Source of the DNA: Pseudomonadota bacterium
GTDB lineage: Bacteria > Pseudomonadota > Alphaproteobacteria > Rhodobacterales > Rhodobacteraceae
Assembly (NCBI GenBank): GCA_039192165.1
Contig: JBCCXD010000005.1
Location: 110,727-174,726 of the forward strand
Direction: 5' to 3'
DNA: 64,000 nucleotides
Each line of letters starts with the position of its first letter. Positions within the stretch are counted from its first letter, which is position 1. Under the pieces are notes generated by a model, which was given only the letters and a program-made list of their open reading frames with translations, ran no database searches and had not been told where the DNA came from. A program made the position numbers and the translations under genes. This document shows positions 56,247 through 64,000 of this stretch, one piece after another.

Positions 56247-57146
56247 ATGTCCTTATGGATTCCGGTCACCATTTTCGCCGCTTTCGCACAGAACCTGCGC
56301 TTCATGCTGCAGCGGCATTTGAAGGTCACCACGCTTTCGACCGGCGGCGCGACCTTTGCACGGTTTCTCTATTCGGCACCCTTGGTCGCGATTATCGCGC
56401 TCGGCTACGCTGCGGCCCGAGGGTTGGATGTTCCCTCACTGGGCGCACGGTTCTGGAGCTATGCAATCCTGGGGGGTCTTGCGCAGATTTTGGCAACGAT
56501 GTGTGTTGTTGCGCTGTTTGCAGAACGCGCCTTTGCGATAGGGATAACATTCAAGAAAACCGAGGTTATGCTGACCGCCCTGATCGGTTTTCTCCTTTTG
56601 GGCGAGGCGATCAGCCTTGGCGCAGCAGCTGCAATCGCTGTTGGCTTCGTGGGCGTCATGATCCTGTCTGACCCGCCCGACTCCAGTGGCAACTGGCGAC
56701 GGTTGTTAAACAAGGGTGCAGCACTTGGTATTGCGTCCGGGGCGCTCTTTGGCATGTCAGCAATTGGCTACCGAGCCGCGTCTCTTGAAGTCGCGAACAC
56801 GGATCCGTTTCTGCGAGCCTCAATAACTTTGATGTGTGTGACGGCTTTCCAGACTGTGTCTATGGCAGTGTGGCTTCATTTCCGTGAGCGCGGCGAGATC
56901 AGGCGGGTTCTGACCACTTGGCGTGTATCTGCGCTGGTCGGAGTGACCTCGATGCTGGGCAGTCTCGGGTGGTTCACTGCCTTCACCCTGCAAAATGCCG
57001 CTTACGTAAAAGCGCTGGGGCAAATCGAGCTGGTTTTCTCCTTTCTGGCTTCAACTTTCCTGTTTCGGGAAAAAACCACAAAGCGCGAAGTGTTGGGCGT
57101 TCTCATTCTTGTGGTCAGCGTGTTGATCCTTGTTCTAACGCTGTGA
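56247..57146 (+). CDS. DMT/EamA family transporter
   Basis: Multi-TM; FKKTE, NAAYVKALGQIEL. Confidence 0.85.
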   Translation: MSLWIPVTIFAAFAQNLRFMLQRHLKVTTLSTGGATFARFLYSAPLVAIIALGYAAARGLDVPSLGARFWSYAILGGLAQILATMCVVALFAERAFAIGITFKKTEVMLTALIGFLLLGEAISLGAAAAIAVGFVGVMILSDPPDSSGNWRRLLNKGAALGIASGALFGMSAIGYRAASLEVANTDPFLRASITLMCVTAFQTVSMAVWLHFRERGEIRRVLTTWRVSALVGVTSMLGSLGWFTAFTLQNAAYVKALGQIELVFSFLASTFLFREKTTKREVLGVLILVVSVLILVLTL

Positions 57147-57166
57147 TCGACGCCAATATGGGTTGA

Positions 57167-57181
57167 GAACAAAGTAAGAAC
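57167..57181. promoter_or_regulatory. Alphaproteobacterial LexA (SOS) box
   Basis: GAAC-aaagtaa-GAAC, exact GAAC-N7-GAAC, 16 bp upstream of the imuA start. Confidence 0.85.
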
Positions 57182-57197
57182 ACTATAGTATCGAGGA

Positions 57198-57845
57198 ATG
57201 GGAACTCATGCTCTGACAAAAGCAGGGCTGACCGCCGGGGCGCTGCACCGGGCGACTCGACCTGCATATACACCGCTGCCCGAAATGTCGTTGGCTTTCG
57301 CCCGCGTGCACGAATTGACGGGGACTGCAAGACGACGGCTGGCCTTGTTATGCGCGGCACAGACGAACGGACCGGTACTGTGGATTGCACCAAAATGGCA
57401 GCCAGATCAGCTGCACCCCGAAGGCTTCGCCGATATAATAGATCCGGCCCGGGTGCTGTGCGTCTCACCAACACGGACCGAAGACCTGCTGTGGTGCATG
57501 GAGGAAGCTTTGCGCAGCGGCGCAGTTCCTATTGTGGTTGCAGACCTGCCTAGCCCCCCTGCCCTGACCCCTGTGCGGCGGCTACATCTGGCCGCTGAAA
57601 CCGGCGCCGAACGGGTCTCACAGGTCCCGATCGGCCTGCTGCTGACACCCGGCGCGGGTGGCGCGCCCGGCGTCGAGACACGCTGGAACCTCAGCCCGGA
57701 TCATCGCCCAGGCCAGAGCGCATGGCACCTGACCCGGCAGCGCGACCGCTCAGCGCCCCCCGCCACCTGGCACCTGCAGTACGGAGCAGACGGCTGGGCC
57801 AGCCGTGCAGACAGAGTACCGGAGACGCTGCTCCACCCTTCGTGA
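57198..57845 (+). CDS. imuA: ImuA-like RecA-fold protein
   Basis: [35 protein letters not shown]; LexA box upstream. Confidence 0.8.
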   Translation: MGTHALTKAGLTAGALHRATRPAYTPLPEMSLAFARVHELTGTARRRLALLCAAQTNGPVLWIAPKWQPDQLHPEGFADIIDPARVLCVSPTRTEDLLWCMEEALRSGAVPIVVADLPSPPALTPVRRLHLAAETGAERVSQVPIGLLLTPGAGGAPGVETRWNLSPDHRPGQSAWHLTRQRDRSAPPATWHLQYGADGWASRADRVPETLLHPS

Positions 57846-57880
57846 CTGGCCGGCAAAGACACTGCGCCTAGTTGCAGCTG

Positions 57881-58459
57881 ATGATATCCAAGCACCTACG
57901 AAATCTGACACTGCTTTTTTTGCTCAGCGCCCCACTGCAACTCGCGGCGGCACCACAGGCCTATATGCTCGACCCAAGGGGGACGGAAATTGGTTTCAGC
58001 TACACACTCGGTGGCGTAGAAACTTCCGGCAGTATGCCTTTGAAAAGTGCTGCGCTCAGCATCGATTTTCGGCGCTTAGAAAACACGCGCATCTCGGTGA
58101 CGCTCGATGCGTACCGGGCGCGGACAGCACTGCCGTTAGCAGAAAGCGCGTTGAAAGGCGCTGCGATATTGGACACGGATCGGTATCCAACGATCCAGTT
58201 CAGGTCGGATAGTGTGCGGGCCGACGGTGCAGGCGCCAAAATGACGGGGCAGTTGACCCTCCGAGGACGAACGCTGCCTGTCACGCTCGATGCAAGATTC
58301 TTTCGACTGCCGGACCGCGCCCCAGAAGACCTTAGCACGTTGGTGATCATTCTCGAGGGACGACTCAGCCGCAGCGCGTTCGGAGCCTCAGGCTACGCCG
58401 ATCTGGTCGCGGATCCGGTTGATCTTCGAATAAGGGCGACCATACGTCGGACAGAGTAA
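57881..58459 (+). CDS. YceI family lipid/polyisoprenoid-binding protein
   Basis: Signal peptide; LDTDRYPTIQFRS, GQLTLRGRTLPVTL, SRSAFG. Confidence 0.85.
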   Translation: MISKHLRNLTLLFLLSAPLQLAAAPQAYMLDPRGTEIGFSYTLGGVETSGSMPLKSAALSIDFRRLENTRISVTLDAYRARTALPLAESALKGAAILDTDRYPTIQFRSDSVRADGAGAKMTGQLTLRGRTLPVTLDARFFRLPDRAPEDLSTLVIILEGRLSRSAFGASGYADLVADPVDLRIRATIRRTE

Positions 58460-58462
58460 CAC

Positions 58463-58804
58463 TCAAAGCCGCTCAACAGTCACCTTGTGGGGATAGAACG
58501 CGATATGATCGCGGATGCGCGCTACGGCGTCTTTTGGGCTTTCGTAAGACCAGCCTGCATCCTTGATCTCACCGCTTTTCGCGTGGATCGAGAAATAGGT
58601 GGCGTCTCCTTTATGGGGGCAATGGGAAACCGTGTCCGTCCGTTCCAAAAACGCCATACCGATATCGCTGCGTGGAAAGTAGATGACCGGGGTCATATCG
58701 CCTTCTACCAGTTCCAAAGCGTCGCGCGTTTCGCCAATTACCGCGCCACCAGCCCTGATAACCCAAACCCCATCTGCTTTATGAATCCTGATATGTTCGG
58801 CCAT
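58463..58804 (-). CDS. DUF427 family protein
   Basis: VIYFPRSDI, SHCPHKGDATYF, AGWSYESP, HIAFY. Confidence 0.9.
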   Translation of the reverse strand: MAEHIRIHKADGVWVIRAGGAVIGETRDALELVEGDMTPVIYFPRSDIGMAFLERTDTVSHCPHKGDATYFSIHAKSGEIKDAGWSYESPKDAVARIRDHIAFYPHKVTVERL

Positions 58805-58891
58805 TCTGCACCCTCCGCTCGATCGTCTTTTTCACGTGATACCGCGCAAGCCAATACAGACTTGTGACAGTTCTCACGTCCTCAGGAGCGC

Positions 58892-60694
58892 CTAGATAGC
58901 GCGTGTGGCCCTGATTAACCAGTCTCGGGCAGCGTCGGATACGTTTGGCCCGATTTTTTCGGCCACCTCGGCATGATACGCATTCAGCCAATCGCGTTCC
59001 TCAGCGCTGAGCGCCGAGGCATCAACAAGCCGCACGTCGACCGGAACGTAGGTCAGCGTTTCGAAACTGAGCATGGCGCGATGCCGGTCGCCACCTTCCG
59101 GGACGTCAGCCTCCTGAACCACCACCAGGTTTTCGATACGAATTCCGAAAGCGCCTTCACGATAGTAGCCCGGCTCATTGGACAGGATCATGCCTGGCAA
59201 GAGTTTGGCCTCGGACACTCGGCTCAATCTCTGCGGTCCCTCATGCACGCTAAGATACACGCCGACACCGTGCCCGGTGCCATGATCATAGTCCTGACCC
59301 GCTCTCCAGAGCGGTGCACGCGCCAACGCGTCGAGGTCCCGTCCCGCCAGTCCGCTTGGCCAGCGCGCGCGGCTGACAGCAATCATGCCTTGAAGAACCC
59401 GTGTGAAGGCAGCAACCGCATCCGGTGCCGGTGTCCCGGTCGCCATGGTTCGGGTGATGTCTGTTGTGCCGTCTACATATTGCCCACCGCTGTCGACCAA
59501 CAGCAGATCGCCGGGAGTGATCCTGCGATTGGTTTCCTCGGTGACCCGGTAATGAACGATGGCGCCATTTGGCCCGGTACCGCAAATCGTCTCGAATGAG
59601 ATATCTTTCAACATCCCCGTTGCTTGCCGAAACCCCTCCAGAGAAGTTGCCACGTCGATCTCGGTCAGCGTTGCAGGATCCTGTGCATCAAGCCACGCAA
59701 GGAACTCGACCATCGCCGCTCCATCCCGCAAATGCGCCGCGCGGGTGCCCGCAATCTCTGCCGCATTCTTGCATGCCTTGGGCAAGATGCACGGGTCACG
59801 CTCGAAAACAATCTGGGCCGTACCTTTTGCCAGGTGATCCAGAACGGCCTGCGGGGCTGTCTCACGGTCAACGCGTACCACCCCTGCCAACGCTTCAAGT
59901 GCCGGGGCGAAGGCGCCAGGGGGGGAAGCTGAGACACCATCTCCGAGGTTCAAATCCTCACCCTGGAGCTTTACCGGATGCAGAAACAGATCTACGCGCC
60001 CATCGTCGTGAAGGATGGCAAGCGACTGAACAATGGGAATGCGGGGAATGTCGGCTCCGCGAATATTGATCAACCAGGAAATGCTGTCCGGAAGCGTTAG
60101 TACGGCTGAACCATGACCCGCATCTCTAAGATCAGCCGCGATCCGCGCGCGCTTTTCGGTCCGGTTCTCGCCCGCGTATTCGGGCAGTTGGCAGAACACC
60201 TTCCCTTGAGGCGGCGCGGGCTGGTCTGACCAAACACGATCGACAAGGTTGGCACATGGCTGCAATTTGCGTCCAGACTCCGCGAGCTTCGCGGAGAGAT
60301 CTGCGACCTCGCGTATGGTGTGGAGCCATGGATCATAGGCGATTATTGCTCCGGCGGGAGCATGCGCACACAGCCAATCGGCCAGCTTAGTTTCAGGCCA
60401 GTTCACAGGGGTGAACACACTCAGATCCGCCTGTGCCCGCACTTGTAACCGATACCGGCCATCGACGAAAACGCCCGCTACATCCGAAAGCACAGCTGCA
60501 AAGCCTGCCGAACCGGTGAAGCCTGTAAGCCATGCTAGTCTGTCGTCATGAGCCGAGACATACTCGCCCTGGTGCATATCGGCCCTGGGGACAAGAAAGC
60601 CGTCCACACCTTCCGCACCCATCGCTTTGCGCAAAGCCTCCAGACGTGGTGGACCGTCCTGTGGGCGCGTTTTAACTTCGAAGCTCTGAAACAT
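58892..60694 (-). CDS. Aminopeptidase P (Xaa-Pro aminopeptidase, M24B)
   Basis: DSGGQYVDGTTDITRT, HGTGHGVG, VHEGP, SNEPGYY. Confidence 0.95.
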   Translation of the reverse strand: MFQSFEVKTRPQDGPPRLEALRKAMGAEGVDGFLVPRADMHQGEYVSAHDDRLAWLTGFTGSAGFAAVLSDVAGVFVDGRYRLQVRAQADLSVFTPVNWPETKLADWLCAHAPAGAIIAYDPWLHTIREVADLSAKLAESGRKLQPCANLVDRVWSDQPAPPQGKVFCQLPEYAGENRTEKRARIAADLRDAGHGSAVLTLPDSISWLINIRGADIPRIPIVQSLAILHDDGRVDLFLHPVKLQGEDLNLGDGVSASPPGAFAPALEALAGVVRVDRETAPQAVLDHLAKGTAQIVFERDPCILPKACKNAAEIAGTRAAHLRDGAAMVEFLAWLDAQDPATLTEIDVATSLEGFRQATGMLKDISFETICGTGPNGAIVHYRVTEETNRRITPGDLLLVDSGGQYVDGTTDITRTMATGTPAPDAVAAFTRVLQGMIAVSRARWPSGLAGRDLDALARAPLWRAGQDYDHGTGHGVGVYLSVHEGPQRLSRVSEAKLLPGMILSNEPGYYREGAFGIRIENLVVVQEADVPEGGDRHRAMLSFETLTYVPVDVRLVDASALSAEERDWLNAYHAEVAEKIGPNVSDAARDWLIRATRAI

Positions 60695-62568
60695 CACCGC
60701 GCCTTATTGAGCCCCATCATTCGTGCCCGCGCCCGCGCGTCGCTGTCGAACAGCGCGGCCAGTTGTTCGGTCATGGCCCCCGCAAGCTGTTCGACATCCG
60801 TGATCGTCACTGCACGCTGATAGTACCGGGTCACATCGTGGCCAATTCCGATTGCGATAAGCTCCACCGCGCGACGCTTCTCGACCATTTCGATCACGTC
60901 GCGCAGGTGCTTTTCGAGGTAGTTTGCAGGGTTCACAGAGAGAGTGGAATCGTCGACAGGCGCGCCGTCCGAAATCACCATCAGGATTTTCCGCGCTTCC
61001 GGGCGGGCCAGCATCCGACGGTGCGCCCACTCGAGCGCCTCACCGTCAATATTTTCCTTTAGCAGACCTTCTTTCATCATCAGACCGAGATTGTCCCTGG
61101 TTCGACGCATAGGACTGTCAGCCGGCTTGTAGATGATATGACGAAGATCATTCAGGCGACCTGGTTGCTGCGGACGCCCTTCGGCAAGCCAGCGTTCACG
61201 GCTCTGGCCCCCTTTCCAGGCACGCGTCGTGAAACCCAGGATTTCCACCTTCACCTGACAACGTTCAAGCGTTCGCGCCAAAACGTCCGCGCAGATCGCG
61301 GCAATGGAAATCGGGCGACCGCGCATAGACCCGGAATTGTCCAGAAGAAGCGTCACCACGGTATCGCGAAACTCTGTGTCCTGCTCCACTTTGAAGCTGA
61401 GCGGCGTGGTCGGATTGGCCACGACACGCGCAAGCCGGCCGACATCAAGAATCCCCTCTTCCATGTCAAATTTCCAGCTCCGGTTCTGCTGTGCCTGAAG
61501 ACGCCTCTGCAGTTTATTTGCCAGCCTAGAAACCGCTCCTTTAAGGGGCTCAAGTTGCTGATCAAGGTAGGCGCGCAGGCGTTCGAGCTCCGCAGGTTCT
61601 GCAAGCTCTTCGGCTTTGATCTCTTCGTCGAAATCAGTCTCGAACACAACGTAGTTCGGATCCGCTTCGGAATGCGGCGGCGGTGGGGGTGGCTCAAGTG
61701 GCGCTTCGCCGTCGGGCAACTCGGCCTCGTCTGACAAATCCATGTCCGACAGGTCATCCATAGAAACTTCGGCCTGGCTCGGGTCCATTTCCTGAGTGTC
61801 AGAAGGATCGGGCGCAGCATCGCCCTGCTCAGTCTGCTCGTCGCCCTCATTGCCTTCGTCGCTTGCGTCGTCCTCCTCTTCGTCCTGCTCGCTGCGCTCG
61901 TCCGAGTCGTCGTCCATATCATCAGGGTCATCCCCCAATTGATCGCCGTAGCCGAGGTCGTCGATGATCTGTCGGACCAGCTTTGCAAAGGCTGTTTGGT
62001 CGGACAGGTCGCGTTCGAGGTCTTTCAACGTGTCTCCGGCTTGATCCTCGATATGGTCTCGCCAAAGATTGAGGACATTTTGCGCCCCGTCCGGCAGCTC
62101 ACGTCCCGTTGCGAGTTGGCGGATAAGATAGCCGGCCGCGATAGCCAAAGGCGCATCGGACGCCTGAGTAATCTGCTGGTACCCGCGACGCTCCGCTTCA
62201 GAGTTGATTTTTGCGTCGATATTGCCCGCCGTTCCAGGCATGGCCTTGGCTCCGATCGCCTCACAGCGGGCCGTCTCCATCGCCTCATACAGGTCGCGGG
62301 CCATCTGGCCGGATGGTTCGTACTTCAGGTGGGTGGACGGGCTGTGGTACTTCCGTCGCATCGCATAGGCATCTGCGGTGCCGCGGGCCAGCAAGATTTC
62401 GTCGCGCGACATACGGCGGCTGATCTGCGGCAGGCGCACGGAGTCTGCCGACATACCCGGCGGGTCGACAGAGTAAGTCACCGACATTTCCGGATCATCG
62501 GCGAGCACGCGTGTTGCCTCGGCCAACGCCTTCTTGAACGGTTCTACAGGGTTGTCGGGCTTCTTCAT
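60694..62568 (-). CDS. cobT: Cobaltochelatase subunit CobT
   Basis: RGTADAYA, acidic linker, v[37 protein letters not shown]. Confidence 0.96.
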   Translation of the reverse strand: MKKPDNPVEPFKKALAEATRVLADDPEMSVTYSVDPPGMSADSVRLPQISRRMSRDEILLARGTADAYAMRRKYHSPSTHLKYEPSGQMARDLYEAMETARCEAIGAKAMPGTAGNIDAKINSEAERRGYQQITQASDAPLAIAAGYLIRQLATGRELPDGAQNVLNLWRDHIEDQAGDTLKDLERDLSDQTAFAKLVRQIIDDLGYGDQLGDDPDDMDDDSDERSEQDEEEDDASDEGNEGDEQTEQGDAAPDPSDTQEMDPSQAEVSMDDLSDMDLSDEAELPDGEAPLEPPPPPPHSEADPNYVVFETDFDEEIKAEELAEPAELERLRAYLDQQLEPLKGAVSRLANKLQRRLQAQQNRSWKFDMEEGILDVGRLARVVANPTTPLSFKVEQDTEFRDTVVTLLLDNSGSMRGRPISIAAICADVLARTLERCQVKVEILGFTTRAWKGGQSRERWLAEGRPQQPGRLNDLRHIIYKPADSPMRRTRDNLGLMMKEGLLKENIDGEALEWAHRRMLARPEARKILMVISDGAPVDDSTLSVNPANYLEKHLRDVIEMVEKRRAVELIAIGIGHDVTRYYQRAVTITDVEQLAGAMTEQLAALFDSDARARARMMGLNKAR

Positions 62569-62654
62569 GTCGGCGGATCCTCGTGGCGCACAGGGCGCCT
62601 GATCGGTATATGGTGTTTATGGGCGGGTGAAACAGGAAAGACCAGACCCGCAAC

Positions 62655-63350
62655 CTAGGGCGCGTTGGACAGGCGCCCGAAAATCGGGCGATGATCTGAT
62701 GCGTGGTCATCCCCTTCTGGCGGCTCTCCAACCCCAAAATCGGTCACCCGAAGCTGGTCGCAATGTGCCATACGGTCCAAGGCCCATAGCGGAGTGCGCA
62801 CGGGGTAGCTTGGACCGGGTGTTACGACTTTGTACTGCGGCAAGAGTCGCCCGAGCCCGACATTGTCCGATCGCTCATTGAAGTCGCCCATCCAAAGGGT
62901 CGGGCGCGGTGCCAGGCGCGAGATGACGAGTTTGATGGCAGATAACTGCCGTCGACGGGAGCTGCGCAGCAATCCCAGGTGAACCGCAATGATGCGAAGA
63001 GGTCCGATCCCCGGAACGATATGGTCCGAAACGATTGCACCGCGAGGCTCCAGCCCTGGCAGGGTCAAAAGATGACGATCTTCGGTTCGGATATCTGGGC
63101 GCGTGAGAATGGCGTTGCCGTGCCAGCCCAGGCTTTCCGGATGCACATCAAGAGGTACAGGAACGAGCCCTGTCTTTCCCTTGATCCGAGAGACCGGCAA
63201 AGCTGAAGGCCTCATTCCCAAACGAAAATCAGCTTCCTGCAAGGCCACTATACCAGCATCAAGCGCTGCGATTGCGCGTAAAGCCCGCGACGCGTCTCGC
63301 CGAAGATCGACGCCAAGACCGGCACGAATATTATAGCTGGCAATACGCAT
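62655..63350 (-). CDS. Endonuclease/exonuclease/phosphatase family protein
   Basis: IASYNI, ALQEAD, HLGL, MGDFNE, LDR, ASDHRPI. Confidence 0.9.
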   Translation of the reverse strand: MRIASYNIRAGLGVDLRRDASRALRAIAALDAGIVALQEADFRLGMRPSALPVSRIKGKTGLVPVPLDVHPESLGWHGNAILTRPDIRTEDRHLLTLPGLEPRGAIVSDHIVPGIGPLRIIAVHLGLLRSSRRRQLSAIKLVISRLAPRPTLWMGDFNERSDNVGLGRLLPQYKVVTPGPSYPVRTPLWALDRMAHCDQLRVTDFGVGEPPEGDDHASDHRPIFGRLSNAP

Positions 63351-63372
63351 AGCGGACACTGCCCGCCTTCCC

Positions 63373-64000
63373 CTAGCCGATTGCGTTGGACACGGCGCTT
63401 TCAGGCAGTTCGTCGTCAAAACAACGCTGGTAAAACTCAGCAACAGTTTCTCGCTCGAGTTCATCGCATTTGTTGAGGAAAGTCAGCCTGAATGCATAAC
63501 CGACATTGCGGAAGATTTCCGCGTTCTGCGCCCAGGTGATCACGGTCCGCGGGCTCATCACTGTCGACAGATCGCCGTTCATAAACGCTGTGCGGGTCAG
63601 CTCTGCAACCGTCACCATTTGTCCGATTGTCTGGCGCCCTTTTTCGGTATTGTAGTGCGGCGACTTCGCCAAAACGATTGCGGACTCGGCATCGTGGCTG
63701 AGATAATTTAGGGTCGAGACGAGCGACCAGCGGTCCATCTGCGCCTGGTTTATCTGCTGAACGCCGTGGTAGAGCCCGGTCGTGTCCCCCAATCCGACCG
63801 TGTTCGCCGTGGCAAACAAGCGGAAGTTCGGGTTTGGTGTAATGATCTCGTTCTGATCCAGCAAGGTCAGCTTGCCATCGTGTTCCAAGACACGCTGGAT
63901 GACAAACATAACATCTGCACGGCCTGCGTCATACTCGTCAAAAACGATCGCAACAGGATTGCGCAGAGCCCAGGGCAGGATGCCCTCGTGAAACTCGGTC
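63373..64000 (-). CDS. cobS: Cobaltochelatase subunit CobS (3' part; continues beyond the window)
   Basis: [49 protein letters not shown]. Confidence 0.95.
   Translation of the reverse strand, partial: TEFHEGILPWALRNPVAIVFDEYDAGRADVMFVIQRVLEHDGKLTLLDQNEIITPNPNFRLFATANTVGLGDTTGLYHGVQQINQAQMDRWSLVSTLNYLSHDAESAIVLAKSPHYNTEKGRQTIGQMVTVAELTRTAFMNGDLSTVMSPRTVITWAQNAEIFRNVGYAFRLTFLNKCDELERETVAEFYQRCFDDELPESAVSNAIG

Noticed and set aside
61640-61960. Acidic low-complexity, repeat-like stretch in cobT
   Set aside because: Normal acidic linker of CobT proteins, not a DNA repeat element
1-64000. CRISPR array, tRNA/rRNA genes, IS transposase, integrase or prophage genes
   Set aside because: No regularly spaced identical repeats, cloverleaf-like sequences or recombinase/phage motifs seen by eye; a tRNAscan/ISEScan run would be needed to exclude degenerate copies

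Overview
Chromosomal window from an alphaproteobacterium, most likely Rhodobacteraceae/Roseobacter group (inferred from gene content: PccR-type regulator, gatCA, cobST, sox genes, non-pyrrolysine MttB, alphaproteobacterial LexA box). About 75 CDS plus RNase P RNA (rnpB); I found no tRNA, rRNA, CRISPR array, transposase or integrase. Most of the window is conserved backbone. Main points of interest: (1) an AT-richer array of small accessory ORFs between yebC and an SLC13 permease (8.1-11.3 kb) whose first four spacers each carry copies of a degenerate repeat (GCRGCGAA-N10-GTCCGC/GAGCCC, some in hairpins), resembling a gene-cassette array with non-attC sites; (2) a reduced sulfur-oxidation locus (decayed soxX, soxY, soxZ, soxE with a degenerate first heme domain, soxF; no soxABCD); (3) a tightly coupled xpaC-telA-DUF2927-SPFH-zinc-ribbon operon of unknown function; (4) an H-NOX-like protein lacking the heme-ligating His, coupled to a GGDEF cyclase; (5) a LexA-boxed imuA without imuB/dnaE2. 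Family assignments come from remembered motifs, not database searches. Several start codons were moved downstream of the ORF-track starts.
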